The notes beneath the pieces were generated by a model that saw only the letters and a program-made list of their open reading frames with translations, did no database searches and was not told the DNA's origin. A stretch of DNA of 64,000 bases from Eledone cirrhosa (taxonomy: Eukaryota): contig OZ024741.1 in the NCBI GenBank assembly GCA_964016885.1, positions 282,658,001 through 282,722,000 on the forward strand, read 5' to 3'. The translations under genes were made by a program, and so were the position numbers. Numbering within the stretch: the first letter of the stretch is position 1; every line of letters begins with the position of its first letter. Shown here one piece after another: positions 30,001 to 45,000 of the stretch.

Positions 30001-33000
30001 CTGTCTCTATCTAATAAATACCAAGTATGGTGTGTCTGTCTCTATCTAATAAACACCAACTATGGTGTGTCTGTCTCTATCTAATAAACACCAAGTGTAG
30101 TGTTTCTGTCTCTATCTAATAAATACCAAGTATGGTGTGTCTGTCTCTATCTAATAAACACCAACTATGGTGTGTCTGTCTCTATCTAATAAACACCAAG
30201 TGTAGTGTTTCTGTCTCTATCTAATAAATACCAAGTGTGGTGTGTCTGTCTCTATCTAATAAACACCAAGTGTGGTGTATCTGTCTCTATCTAATAAACA
30301 CCAAGTCTGGTGTGTCTATCTCTATCTAATAAACACCAAGTATGGTGTGCCTGTCTCTATCTAATAAACACCAAGTATGGTGTGTCTGTCTCTATCTAAT
30401 AAACACCAAGTGTGGTGTGTTTGTCTCTATTTAATAAACACCAAGTGTGGTGTGTCTATCTTTATCTAATAAAAACCAAGTATGGTGTGTCTGTCTCTAT
30501 CTAATAAACACCAAGTGTGGTGTATCTATCTCTATCTAATAAACACCAAGTGTGCTGTGTCTGTCTCTATCTAATAAACACCAAGTGTGGTGTATCTATC
30601 TCTATCTAATAAACACCAAGTGTGGTGTGTCTGTCTCTATCTAATAAACACCAAGTATGTTGTGTCTGTCTCTATCTAATAAACACCAAGTATGGTGTGT
30701 CTATCTCTATCTAATAAACACCAAGTATGGTGTGTCTGTCTCTATCTAATAAACACCAAGTATGTTGTGTCTGTCTCTATCTAATAAACACCAAGTATGG
30801 TGTGTCTGTCTCTATCCAATAAACACGGAGTGTGGTGTGTCTATCTCTATCTAATAAACACCTAGTGTGATGTGTCCGTCTCTATCTACTAAACACCACG
30901 TATGGTGTGTCTGTCTCTATCTAATAAACACCAAGTGTGGTGTGGTGTCTATCTATATCTATCTAATAAACACCAGGTGTCGTGAGTGTATCTATCTCTA
31001 TTTAATAAACACCATTTGTGGTGTGTCTGTCTCTATTTAATAAACACTAAGTGCGGTGTATCTGTCTCTATCTAATAAACACCAAGTGTGGTGTGTCTAT
31101 CTCTATCTAATAAACACCGAGTATGGTGTGTCTGTCTCTATCTAATAAACACCAAGTATGGTGTGTCTGTCTCTATCTAATAAACACCAAGTATGGTGTG
31201 TCTATCTCTATCTAATAAACACCAAGTATGGTGTGTCTATCTCTATCTAATAAACACCAAGTATCGTGTGCCTGTCTCTATCTAATAAACACCAAGTATG
31301 GTGTGTCTATCTCTATCTAATAAACACCGAGTATGGTGTGTCTGTCTCTATCTAATAAACACCAAGTATGGTGTGTCTGTCTCTATCTAATAAACACCAA
31401 GTATGGTGTGTCTATCTCTATCTAATAAACACCAAGTATCGTGTGCCTGTCTCTATCAAATAAACACCAAGTATGTTGTGTCTATCTCTATCTAATACAC
31501 ACCAAGTATGGTGTGTCTGTCTCTATCTAATAAACACCAAGTATGGTGTGTCTGTCTCTATCTAATAAACACCAAGTGTGGTGTGTCTATCTCTATCTAA
31601 TAAACACCAAGTGTGGTGTGTCTGTCTCTATCTAATAAACACCAAGTGTGGTGTATCTGTCTCTATCTAATAAACACCAAGTGTGGTGTGTCTATCTTTA
31701 TCTAATAAAAACCAAGTATGGTGTGTCTGTCTCTATCTAATAAACACCAAGTGTGGTGTGTCTGTCTCTATCTAATAAACACCAAGTATGGTGTATCTGT
31801 CTCTATCTAATAAACACCAAGTATGGTGTGTCTGTCTCTATCTAATAAACACCAAGTATGGTGTGTCTGTCTCTATCTAATAAACACCAAGTGTGGTGTG
31901 TCTGTCTCTATCTAATAAACACCAAGTATGGTGTGTCTGTCTCTATCTAATAAACACCAAGTGTGGTGTGTCTGTCTCTATCTAATAAACACCAAGTATG
32001 GTGTGTCTGTCTCTATCTAATAAACACCAAGTATGGTGTGTCTGTCTCTATCTAATAAACACCAAGTATGGTGTGTCTATCTCTATCTAATAAACACCAA
32101 GTATGGTGTGTCTGTCTCTATCTAATAAACACCAAGTATGGTGTGTCTATCTCTATCTAATAAACACCAAGTATGGTGTGTCTGTCTCTATCTAATAAAC
32201 ACCAAGTATGGTGTGTCTGTCTCTATCTAATAAACACCAAGTATGGTGTGTCTATCTCTATCTAATAAACACCAAGTGTGGTGTGTCTGTCTCTATCTAA
32301 TAAACACCAAGTGTGGTGTGTCTGTCTATATCTAATAAACACCAAGTGTGATGTATCTATCTCTATCTAATAAACACCAAGTGTGGTGTGGTGTCTATCT
32401 ATATCTATCTAATAAACACCAGGTGTCGTGAATGTATCTATCGCTATTTAATAAACACCATGTGTGGTGTGTCTGTCTCTATTTCATAAACACCAAGTGT
32501 GGTGTATCTGTCTCTATATAATAAACACCAAGTGTGGTGTGTCTATCTCTATCTAATAAACACCACTGTGGTGTGTCTGTCTCTATCTAATAAACACCAT
32601 GTGTGGTGTGTCTGTCTCTATCCAATAAACACGAAGTGTGGTGTGTCTATCTCTATATAATAAACACCAAGTGTGGTGTATCTATCTCTATCTAAGTAAC
32701 ACCAAGTATGGTGTGTCTGTCTTTATCTAATAAACACCAAGTGTGGTGTGTCTGTCTCTATCTAATAAACACCAAGTATGGTGTGTCTATCTCTATCTAA
32801 TAAACACCAAGTGTGGTGTGTCTATCTCTATCTAATAAACACCACTGTGGTGTGTCTGTCTCTATCTAATAAACACCAAGTGTGGTGTGTCTATCTCTAT
32901 CTAATAAACACCAAGTGTGGTGTGTCTGTCTCTATCTAATAAACACCAAGTGTGGTGTGTCTGTCTCTATCTAATAAACACCAAGTATGGTGTGTCTATC

Positions 33001-36000
33001 TCTATCTAATAAACACCAAGTGTGGTGTGTCTATCTCTATCTAATAAACACCACTGTGGTGTGTCTGTCTCTATCTAATAAACACCAAGTGTGGTGTGTC
33101 TATCTCTATCTAATAAACACCAAGTGTGGTGTGTCTGTCTCTATCTAATAAACACCAAGTGTGGTGTGTCTGTCTCTATCTAATAAACACCAAGTGTGGT
33201 GTGTCTGTCTCTATCTAATAAACACCAAGTATGGTGTGTCTGTCTCTATCCAATAAACACGGAGTGTGGTGTGTCTATCTCTATCTAATAAACACCTAGT
33301 GTGATGTGTCCGTCTCTATCTACTAAACACCACGTATGGTGTGTCTGTCTCTATCTAATAAACACCAAGTGTGGTGTGGTGTCTATCTATATCTATCTAA
33401 TAAACACCAGGTGTCGTGAGTGTATCTATCTCTACTTAATTAACACCATTTGTGGTGTGTCTGTCTCTATCTAATAAACACCAAGTATGGTGCGTCTGTC
33501 TCTATCTAATAAACACCAAGTGTGGTGTTTCTATCTCTATCTAATAAACACCAAGTATGGTGTGTCTATCTCGATCTAATAAAGACCAAGTATGGTGTGT
33601 CTATCTCTATCTAATAAACACCAAGTGTGGTGTGTCTATCTCTATCTAATAAACACCAAGTATGGTGTGTCTGTCACTATCTAATAAACACCAAGTATGG
33701 TGTGTCTGTCTCTATCTAATAAACACCAAGTATGGTGTGTCTGTCTCTATCTAACAAACACCAAGTATGGTGTGTTTGTCTCTATTTAATAAACACCAAG
33801 TGTGGTGTGTCTGTCTCTATCTAATAAACACCAAGTGTGGTGTATCTGTCTCTATCTAATAAACACCAAGTGTGGTGTGTCTGTCTCTATATAATAAACA
33901 CCAAGTATGGTGTGTCTGTCTCTATCTAATAAACACCAAGTATGGTGTGTCTGTCTCTATTTAATAAACAACAAGTGTGGTGTGTCTGTCTCTATCTAAT
34001 AAACACCAAGTATGGTGTGTCTGTCCCTATTTAATAAACACCAAGTATGGTGTATCTGTCTCTATCTAATAAACACCAAGTGTGGTGTGTCTGTCTCTAT
34101 ATAATAAACACCAAGTATGGTGTGTCTGTCTCTATCTAATAAACACCAAGTATGGTGTGTCTGTCTCTATTTAATAAACACCAAGTGTGGTGTGTCTGTC
34201 CCTATCTAATAAACACCAAGTATGGTGTGTCTGTCCCTATCTAATAAACACCAAGTATGGTGTGTCTATCTCTATCTAATAAACACCAAGTATGGTGTGT
34301 CTATCTCTATCTAATAAACACCAAGTATGGTGTGTCTATCTCTTTCAAATAAACACCAAGTATGGTGTATCTATCTCTATCTAATAAACACCAAGTGTGG
34401 TGTGTCTGTCTCTATCTAATAAACACCAAGAGTGGTGTGTCTGTCTCTATCTAATAAACACCAAGTGTGGTGTGTCTATCTCTATCTAATAAACACCAAG
34501 TGTGGTGTGTCTGTCTCTATCTAATAAACACCAAGTGTGGTGTACCTATCTCTATCTAATAAACACCAAGTATGGTGTGTCTGTCTCTATCTAATAAACA
34601 CCAAGTATGGTGTGTCTGTCTCTATCTAATAAACACCAAGTGTGGGGTGTCTATCTCTATCTAATAAACACCAAGTGTGGTGTATCTGTCTCTATCTAAT
34701 AAACACGAAGGGTGGTGTGTCTGTCTCTATCTAATAAACACCAAGTGTGGTGTGTCTGTCTCTATCTAATAAAAACCAAGTATGCTGTGTCTGTCTCTAT
34801 CTAATAAACACCAAGTATGGTGTGTCTGTCTCTATCTAATAAACACCAAGTGTGGTGTGTCTATCTCTATCTAATAAACACCAAGTGTGGTGTGTCTGTC
34901 TCAATCTAATAAACAGCAAGTGTGGTGTGTCTATCTCTATCTAATAAACACCAAGTGTGGTGTGTCTATCTCTATTTAATAAACACCAAGTGTGGTGTGT
35001 CTATCTCTATCTAATAAACACCAAGTATGGTGTGTCTATCTCTATCTAATAAACACGAAGTGTGGTGTGTCTGTCTCTATCTAATAAACACCAAGTGTGG
35101 TGTATCTGTCTCTATCTAATAAACACCAAGTATGGTGTGTCTGTCTCTATCTAGTAAACACCAAGTGTGGTCTGTCTGTCTCTATCTAATAAACACCAAG
35201 TGTGGTGTATCTGTCTCTATCTAATAAACACCAAGTATGGTGTGTCTATCTCTATCTAATAAACACCAAGTATGGTGTGTCTGTCTCTATCTAATAAACA
35301 CCAAGTGTGGTGTATCTGTCTCTATCTAATAAACACCAAGTATGGTGTGTCTGTCTCTATCTAATAAACACCAAGTATGGTGTGTCTGTCTCTATCTAAT
35401 AAACACCAAGTGTGGTGTGTCTGTCTCTATCTAATAAACACCAAGTGTGGTGTGTCTATCTTTATCTAATAAAAACCAAGTATGATGTGTCTGTCTCTAT
35501 CTAATAAACACCAAGTGTGGTGTGTCTATCTTTATCTAATAAAAACCAAGTATGGTGTGTCTGTCTCTATCTAATAAACACCAAGTGTGGTGTGTCTGTC
35601 TCTATCTAATAAACACCAAGTGTGGTGTGTCTGTCTCTATCTAATAAACACCAAGTGTGGTGTGCCTGTCTCTATCTAATAAACACCAAGTGTGGTGTAT
35701 CTATCTCTATCTAATAAACTCCAAGTGTGGTGTGCCTGTCTCTATCTAATAAACACCAAGTATGGTGTGTCTGTCTCTATCTAATAAACACCAAGTGTGG
35801 TGTGTCTATCTTTATCTAATAAAAACCAAGTATGATGTGTCTGTCTCTATCTAATAAACACGAAGTGTGGTGTATCTATCTCTATCTAATAAACACCAAG
35901 TGTGCTGTGCCTGTCTCTATCTAATAAACACCAAGTATGGTGTGTCTATCTCTATCTAATAAACACCTAGTGTGATGTGTCCGTCTCTATCTACTAAACA

Positions 36001-39000
36001 CCACGTATGGTGTGTCTGTCTCTATCTAATAAAAACCAAGTATGGTGTGTCTGTCTCTATCTTATAAACACCAAGTGTGGTGTGGTGTCTATCTATATCT
36101 ATCTAATAAACACCAGGTGTCGTGAGTGTATCTATCTCTATTTAATAAACACCATGTGTGGTGTGTCTGTCTCTATTTAATAAACACTAAGTGCGGTGTA
36201 TCTGTCTCTATCTAATAAACACCAAGTATGGTGTGTCTATCTCTATCTAATAAACACCAAGTATGGTGTGTCTATCTCTATCTAATAAACACCAAGTGTG
36301 GTGTGTCTATCTCTATCTTATAAACACCAAGTATCGTGTGCCTGTCTCTATCAAATAAGCACCAAGTATGTTGTGTCTATCTCTATCTAATACACACCAA
36401 GTATGGTGTGTCTGTCTCTATCTAATAAACACCAAGTATGGTGTGTCTGTCTCTATCTAATAAACACCAAGTATGGTGTGTCTGTCTCTATCTAATAAAC
36501 ACCAAGTGTGGTGTGTCTATCTCTATCTAATAAACACCAAGTGTGGTGTGTCTGTCTGTATCTAATAAACATCAAGTGTGGTGTATCTGTCTCTATCTAA
36601 TAAACACCAAGTGTGGTGTGTCTATCTTTATCTAATAAAAACCAAGTATGGTGTGTCTGTCTCTATCTAATAAACACCAAGTGTGGTGTATCAATCTCTA
36701 TCTAATAAACACCAAGTGTGGTGTGTCTGTCTCTATCTAATAAACACCAAGTATGGTGTGTCTATCTCTATCTAATACACACCAAGTATGGTGTGTCTGT
36801 CTCTATCTAATAAACACGAAGTATGGTGTGTCTGTCTCTATCTAATAAACACCAAGTATGGTGTGTCTGTCTCTATCTAATAAACACCAAGTATGGTGTG
36901 TCTGTCTCTATCTAATAAACACCAAGTATGGTGTATCTGTCTCTATCTAATAAACACCAAGTATGGTGTGTCTGTCTCTATCTAATAAACACCAAGTGTG
37001 GTGTGTCTGTCTCTATCTAATAAACACCAAGTGTGGTGTGTCTATCTCTATCTAATAAACACCAAGTGTGGTGTGTCTATCTCTATCTAATAAACACCAA
37101 GTGTGGTGTGTCTGTCTCTATCTAATAAACACCAAGTGTGGTGTGTCTATCTCTATCTAATAAACACCAAGTATGGTGTGTCTGTCTCTATCTAATAAAC
37201 ACCAACTATGGTGTGTCTGTCTCTATCTAATAAACACCAAGTGTGGTGTGGTGTCTATCGATATCTATCTAATAAACACCAGGTGTCGTGAATGTATCTA
37301 TCTCTATTTAATAAACACCATGTGTGGTGTGTCTGTCTCTATCTAATAAACACCATGTGTGGTGTGTGTATCTCTATCTAATAAACACCAAGTATGGTGT
37401 GTCTATCTGTATCTAATAAACACCAAGTGTGGTGTGTCTGTCTCTATCTAATAAAAACCAAGTATGGTGTGTCTGTCTCTATGTAATAAACAGCAAGTAT
37501 GGTGTATCTGTCTCTATCTAATAAACACCAAGTATGGTGTGTCTATCTCTATCTAATACACACCAAGTGTGGTGTGTCTATCTCTATCTAATAAACACCA
37601 AGTGTGGTGTGTCTGTCTCTATCTAATAAACACCAAGTATCGTGTGTCTGTCTCTATCTAATAAACACCAAGTATCGTGTGTCTGTCTCTATCTAATAAA
37701 CACCAAGTATCGTGTGTCTGTCTCTATCTAATAAACACCAAGTATGGTGTATCTATCTCTATCAAATAAACACCAAGTGTGGTGTGTCTGTCTCTATCTA
37801 ATAAACACCAAGTATCGTGTGTCTGTCTCTATCTAATAAACACCAAGTATGGTGTGTCTGTCTCTATCTAATAAACACCAAGTATGGTGTGCCTGTCTCT
37901 ATCTAATAAACACCAAGTATGGTGTATCTATCTCTATCAAATAAACACCAAGTGTGGTGTGTCTGTCTCTATCTAATAAACACCAAGTATGGTGTGTCTA
38001 TCTCTATCTAATAAACACCAAGTGTGGTGTGTCTATCTCTATCTAATAAACACCAAGTATGGTGTGTCTATCTCTATCTAATAAACACCAAGTATGGAGT
38101 GTCTGTCTCTATCTAATAAACACCAAGTGTGGTGTATCTGTCTCTATCTAATAAACACCAAGTGTGGTGTATCTGTCTCTATCTAATAAACACCAAGTAT
38201 GCTGTGTCTGTCTTTATCTAATAAACACCAAGTGTAGTGTTTCTGTCTCTATCTAATAAATACCAAGTATGGTGTGTCTGTCTCTATCTAATAAACATCA
38301 AGTGTGGTGTATCTATCTCTATCTAATAAACACCAAGTGTGGTGTGTCTGTCTCTATCTAATAAACACCAAGTATGGTGTGTCTGTCTCTATCTAATAAA
38401 CACCAAGTATCGTGTGTCTGTCTCTATCTAATAAACACCAAGTATGGTGTGTCTGTCTCTATCTAATAAACATCAAGTGTGGTGTATCTGTCTCTATCTA
38501 ATAAACACCAAGTGTGGTGTGTCTGTCTCTATCTAATAAACACCAAGTATGGTGTGTCTGTCTCTATCTAATAAACACCAAGTGTGGTGTGTCTGTCTCT
38601 ATCTAATAAACACCAAGTATGGTGTGTCTGTCTCTATCTAATAAACACCAAGTGTGGTGTATCTGTCTCTATCTAATAAACACCAAGTATGGTGTGTCTA
38701 TCTCTATCTAATAAACACCAAGTATGGTGTGTCTGTCTCTATCTAATAAACACCAAGTATGGTGTGTCTATCTCTATCTAATAAACACCACTGTGGTGTG
38801 TCTGTCTCTATCTAATAAACACCAAGTGTGGTGTATCTGCCTCTATCTAATAAAAACCAAGTGTGGTGTGTCTGTCTCTATCTAATAAACACCAAGTGTG
38901 GTGTGTCTATCTCTATCTAATAAACACCAAGTGTGGTGTGTCTATCTCTATCTAATAAACACCAAGTATGGTGTGTCTATCTCTATCTAATAAACACCAA

Positions 39001-42000
39001 GTGTGGTGTGTCTGTCTCTATCTAATAAACACCAAGTATGGTGTGTCCGTCTCTATTTAATAAACACCATGTGTGGTGTATCTGTCTCTATCTAATAAAC
39101 ACCAAGTATGGTGTGTCTGTCTCTATCTAATAAACATCAAGTGTGGTGTATCTATCTCTATCTAATAAACACCAAGTGTGGTGTGTCTGTCTCTATCTAA
39201 TAAACACCAAGTATGGTGTGTCTGTCTCTATCTAATAAACACCAAGTATCGTGTGTCTGTCTCTATCTAATAAACACCAAGTATGGTGTGTCTGTCTCTA
39301 TCTAATAAACATCAAGTGTGGTGTATCTATCTCTATCTAATAAACACCAAGTGTGGTGTGTCTGTCTCTATCTAATAAACACCAAGTGTGGTGTGTCTGT
39401 CTCTATCTAATAAACACCAAGTGTGGTGTGTCTGTCTCTATCTAATAAACATCAAGTGTGGTGTATCTATCTCTATCTAATAAACACCAAGTGTGGTGTG
39501 TCTGTCTCTATCTAATAAACACCAAGTGTGGTGTGTCTGTCTCTATCTAATAAACACCAAGTATGGTGTCTCTATCTCTATCTAATAAACACCAACTATG
39601 GTGTGTCTGTCTCTATCTAATAAACACCAAGTGTAGTGTTTCTGTCTCTATCTAATAAATACCAAGTATGGTGTGTCTGTCTCTATCTAATAAACACCAA
39701 CTATGGTGTGTCTGTCTCTATCTAATAAACACCAAGTGTAGTGTTTCTGTCTCTATCTAATAAATACCAAGTATGGTGTGTCTGTCTCTATCTAATAAAC
39801 ACCAACTATGGTGTGTCTGTCTCTATCTAATAAACACCAAGTGTAGTGTTTCTGTCTCTATCTAATAAATACCAAGTGTGGTGTGTCTGTCTCTATCTAA
39901 TAAACACCAAGTGTGGTGTATCTGTCTCTATCTAATAAACACCAAGTCTGGTGTGTCTATCTCTATCTAATAAACACCAAGTATGGTGTGCCTGTCTCTA
40001 TCTAATAAACACCAAGTATGGTGTGTCTGTCTCTATCTAATAAACACCAAGTGTGGTGTGTTTGTCTCTATTTAATAAACACCAAGTGTGGTGTGTCTAT
40101 CTTTATCTAATAAAAACCAAGTATGGTGTGTCTGTCTCTATCTAATAAACACCAAGTGTGGTGTATCTATCTCTATCTAATAAACACCAAGTGTGCTGTG
40201 TCTGTCTCTATCTAATAAACACCAAGTGTGGTGTATCTATCTCTATCTAATAAACACCAAGTGTGGTGTGTCTGTCTCTATCTAATAAACACCAAGTATG
40301 TTGTGTCTGTCTCTATCTAATAAACACCAAGTATGGTGTGTCTATCTCTATCTAATAAACACCAAGTATGGTGTGTCTATCTCTATCTAATAAACACCAA
40401 GTATGTTGTGTCTGTCTCTATCTAATAAACACCAAGTATGGTGTGTCTGTCTCTATCCAATAAACACGGAGTGTGGTGTGTCTATCTCTATCTAATAAAC
40501 ACCTAGTGTGATGTGTCCGTCTCTATCTACTAAACACCACGTATGGTGTGTCTGTCTCTATCTAATAAACACCAAGTGTGGTGTGGTGTCTATCTATATC
40601 TATCTAATAAACACCAGGTGTCGTGAGTGTATCTATCTCTATTTAATAAACACCATTTGTGGTGTGTCTGTCTCTATTTAATAAACACTAAGTGCGGTGT
40701 ATCTGTCTCTATCTAATAAACACCAAGTGTGGTGTGTCTATCTCTATCTAATAAACACCGAGTATGGTGTGTCTGTCTCTATCTAATAAACACCAAGTAT
40801 GGTGTGTCTGTCTCTATCTAATAAACACCAAGTATGGTGTGTCTATCTCTATCTAATAAACACCAAGTATCGTGTGCCTGTCTCTATCAAATAAACACCA
40901 AGTATGTTGTGTCTATCTCTATCTAATACACACCAAGTATGGTGTGTCTGTCTCTATCTAATAAACACCAAGTATGGTGTGTCTGTCTCTATCTAATAAA
41001 CACCAAGTGTGGTGTGTCTATCTCTATCTAATAAACACCAAGTGTGGTGTGTCTGTCTCTATCTAATAAACACCAAGTGTGGTGTATCTGTCTCTATCTA
41101 ATAAACACCAAGTGTGGTGTGTCTATCTTTATCTAATAAAAACCAAGTATGGTGTGTCTGTCTCTATCTAATAAACACCAAGTGTGGTGTGTCTGTCTCT
41201 ATCTAATAAACACCAAGTATGGTGTATCTGTCTCTATCTAATAAACACCAAGTATGGTGTGTCTGTCTCTATCTAATAAACACCAAGTATGGTGTGTCTG
41301 TCTCTATCTAATAAACACCAAGTGTGGTGTGTCTGTCTCTATCTAATAAACACCAAGTATGGTGTGTCTGTCTCTATCTAATAAACACCAAGTGTGGTGT
41401 GTCTGTCTCTATCTAATAAACACCAAGTATGGTGTGTCTGTCTCTATCTAATAAACACCAAGTATGGTGTGTCTGTCTCTATCTAATAAACACCAAGTAT
41501 GGTGTGTCTATCTCTATCTAATAAACACCAAGTATGGTGTGTCTGTCTCTATCTAATAAACACCAAGTATGGTGTGTCTATCTCTATCTAATAAACACCA
41601 AGTATGGTGTGTCTGTCTCTATCTAATAAACACCAAGTATGGTGTGTCTGTCTCTATCTAATAAACACCAAGTATGGTGTGTCTATCTCTATCTAATAAA
41701 CACCAAGTGTGGTGTGTCTGTCTCTATCTAATAAACACCAAGTGTGGTGTGTCTGTCTATATCTAATAAACACCAAGTGTGATGTATCTATCTCTATCTA
41801 ATAAACACCAAGTGTGGTGTGGTGTCTATCTATATCTATCTAATAAACACCAGGTGTCGTGAATGTATCTATCGCTATTTAATAAACACCATGTGTGGTG
41901 TGTCTGTCTCTATTTCATAAACACCAAGTGTGGTGTATCTGTCTCTATATAATAAACACCAAGTGTGGTGTGTCTATCTCTATCTAATAAACACCACTGT

Positions 42001-45000
42001 GGTGTGTCTGTCTCTATCTAATAAACACCATGTGTGGTGTGTCTGTCTCTATCCAATAAACACGAAGTGTGGTGTGTCTATCTCTATATAATAAACACCA
42101 AGTGTGGTGTATCTATCTCTATCTAAGTAACACCAAGTATGGTGTGTCTGTCTTTATCTAATAAACACCAAGTGTGGTGTGTCTGTCTCTATCTAATAAA
42201 CACCAAGTATGGTGTGTCTATCTCTATCTAATAAACACCAAGTGTGGTGTGTCTATCTCTATCTAATAAACACCACTGTGGTGTGTCTGTCTCTATCTAA
42301 TAAACACCAAGTGTGGTGTGTCTATCTCTATCTAATAAACACCAAGTGTGGTGTGTCTGTCTCTATCTAATAAACACCAAGTGTGGTGTGTCTGTCTCTA
42401 TCTAATAAACACCAAGTATGGTGTGTCTATCTCTATCTAATAAACACCAAGTGTGGTGTGTCTATCTCTATCTAATAAACACCACTGTGGTGTGTCTGTC
42501 TCTATCTAATAAACACCAAGTGTGGTGTGTCTATCTCTATCTAATAAACACCAAGTGTGGTGTGTCTGTCTCTATCTAATAAACACCAAGTGTGGTGTGT
42601 CTGTCTCTATCTAATAAACACCAAGTGTGGTGTGTCTGTCTCTATCTAATAAACACCAAGTATGGTGTGTCTGTCTCTATCCAATAAACACGGAGTGTGG
42701 TGTGTCTATCTCTATCTAATAAACACCTAGTGTGATGTGTCCGTCTCTATCTACTAAACACCACGTATGGTGTGTCTGTCTCTATCTAATAAACACCAAG
42801 TGTGGTGTGGTGTCTATCTATATCTATCTAATAAACACCAGGTGTCGTGAGTGTATCTATCTCTACTTAATTAACACCATTTGTGGTGTGTCTGTCTCTA
42901 TCTAATAAACACCAAGTATGGTGCGTCTGTCTCTATCTAATAAACACCAAGTGTGGTGTTTCTATCTCTATCTAATAAACACCAAGTATGGTGTGTCTAT
43001 CTCGATCTAATAAAGACCAAGTATGGTGTGTCTATCTCTATCTAATAAACACCAAGTGTGGTGTGTCTATCTCTATCTAATAAACACCAAGTATGGTGTG
43101 TCTGTCACTATCTAATAAACACCAAGTATGGTGTGTCTGTCTCTATCTAATAAACACCAAGTATGGTGTGTCTGTCTCTATCTAACAAACACCAAGTATG
43201 GTGTGTTTGTCTCTATTTAATAAACACCAAGTGTGGTGTGTCTGTCTCTATCTAATAAACACCAAGTGTGGTGTATCTGTCTCTATCTAATAAACACCAA
43301 GTGTGGTGTGTCTGTCTCTATATAATAAACACCAAGTATGGTGTGTCTGTCTCTATCTAATAAACACCAAGTATGGTGTGTCTGTCTCTATTTAATAAAC
43401 AACAAGTGTGGTGTGTCTGTCTCTATCTAATAAACACCAAGTATGGTGTGTCTGTCCCTATTTAATAAACACCAAGTATGGTGTATCTGTCTCTATCTAA
43501 TAAACACCAAGTGTGGTGTGTCTGTCTCTATATAATAAACACCAAGTATGGTGTGTCTGTCTCTATCTAATAAACACCAAGTATGGTGTGTCTGTCTCTA
43601 TTTAATAAACACCAAGTGTGGTGTGTCTGTCCCTATCTAATAAACACCAAGTATGGTGTGTCTGTCCCTATCTAATAAACACCAAGTATGGTGTGTCTAT
43701 CTCTATCTAATAAACACCAAGTATGGTGTGTCTATCTCTATCTAATAAACACCAAGTATGGTGTGTCTATCTCTTTCAAATAAACACCAAGTATGGTGTA
43801 TCTATCTCTATCTAATAAACACCAAGTGTGGTGTGTCTGTCTCTATCTAATAAACACCAAGAGTGGTGTGTCTGTCTCTATCTAATAAACACCAAGTGTG
43901 GTGTGTCTATCTCTATCTAATAAACACCAAGTGTGGTGTGTCTGTCTCTATCTAATAAACACCAAGTGTGGTGTACCTATCTCTATCTAATAAACACCAA
44001 GTATGGTGTGTCTGTCTCTATCTAATAAACACCAAGTATGGTGTGTCTGTCTCTATCTAATAAACACCAAGTGTGGGGTGTCTATCTCTATCTAATAAAC
44101 ACCAAGTGTGGTGTATCTGTCTCTATCTAATAAACACGAAGGGTGGTGTGTCTGTCTCTATCTAATAAACACCAAGTGTGGTGTGTCTGTCTCTATCTAA
44201 TAAAAACCAAGTATGCTGTGTCTGTCTCTATCTAATAAACACCAAGTATGGTGTGTCTGTCTCTATCTAATAAACACCAAGTGTGGTGTGTCTATCTCTA
44301 TCTAATAAACACCAAGTGTGGTGTGTCTGTCTCAATCTAATAAACAGCAAGTGTGGTGTGTCTATCTCTATCTAATAAACACCAAGTGTGGTGTGTCTAT
44401 CTCTATTTAATAAACACCAAGTGTGGTGTGTCTATCTCTATCTAATAAACACCAAGTATGGTGTGTCTATCTCTATCTAATAAACACGAAGTGTGGTGTG
44501 TCTGTCTCTATCTAATAAACACCAAGTGTGGTGTATCTGTCTCTATCTAATAAACACCAAGTATGGTGTGTCTGTCTCTATCTAATAAACACCAAGTGTG
44601 GTCTGTCTGTCTCTATCTAATAAACACCAAGTGTGGTGTATCTGTCTCTATCTAATAAACACCAAGTATGGTGTGTCTATCTCTATCTAATAAACACCAA
44701 GTATGGTGTGTCTGTCTCTATCTAATAAACACCAAGTGTGGTGTATCTGTCTCTATCTAATAAACACCAAGTATGGTGTGTCTGTCTCTATCTAATAAAC
44801 ACCAAGTGTGGTCTGTCTGTCTCTATCTAATAAACACCAAGTGTGGTGTATCTGTCTCTATCTAATAAACACCAAGTATGGTGTGTCTATCTCTATCTAA
44901 TAAACACCAAGTATGGTGTGTCTGTCTCTATCTAATAAACACCACTGTGGTGTGTCTGTCTCTATCTAATAAACACCAAGTGTGGTGTGTCTGTCTCTAT

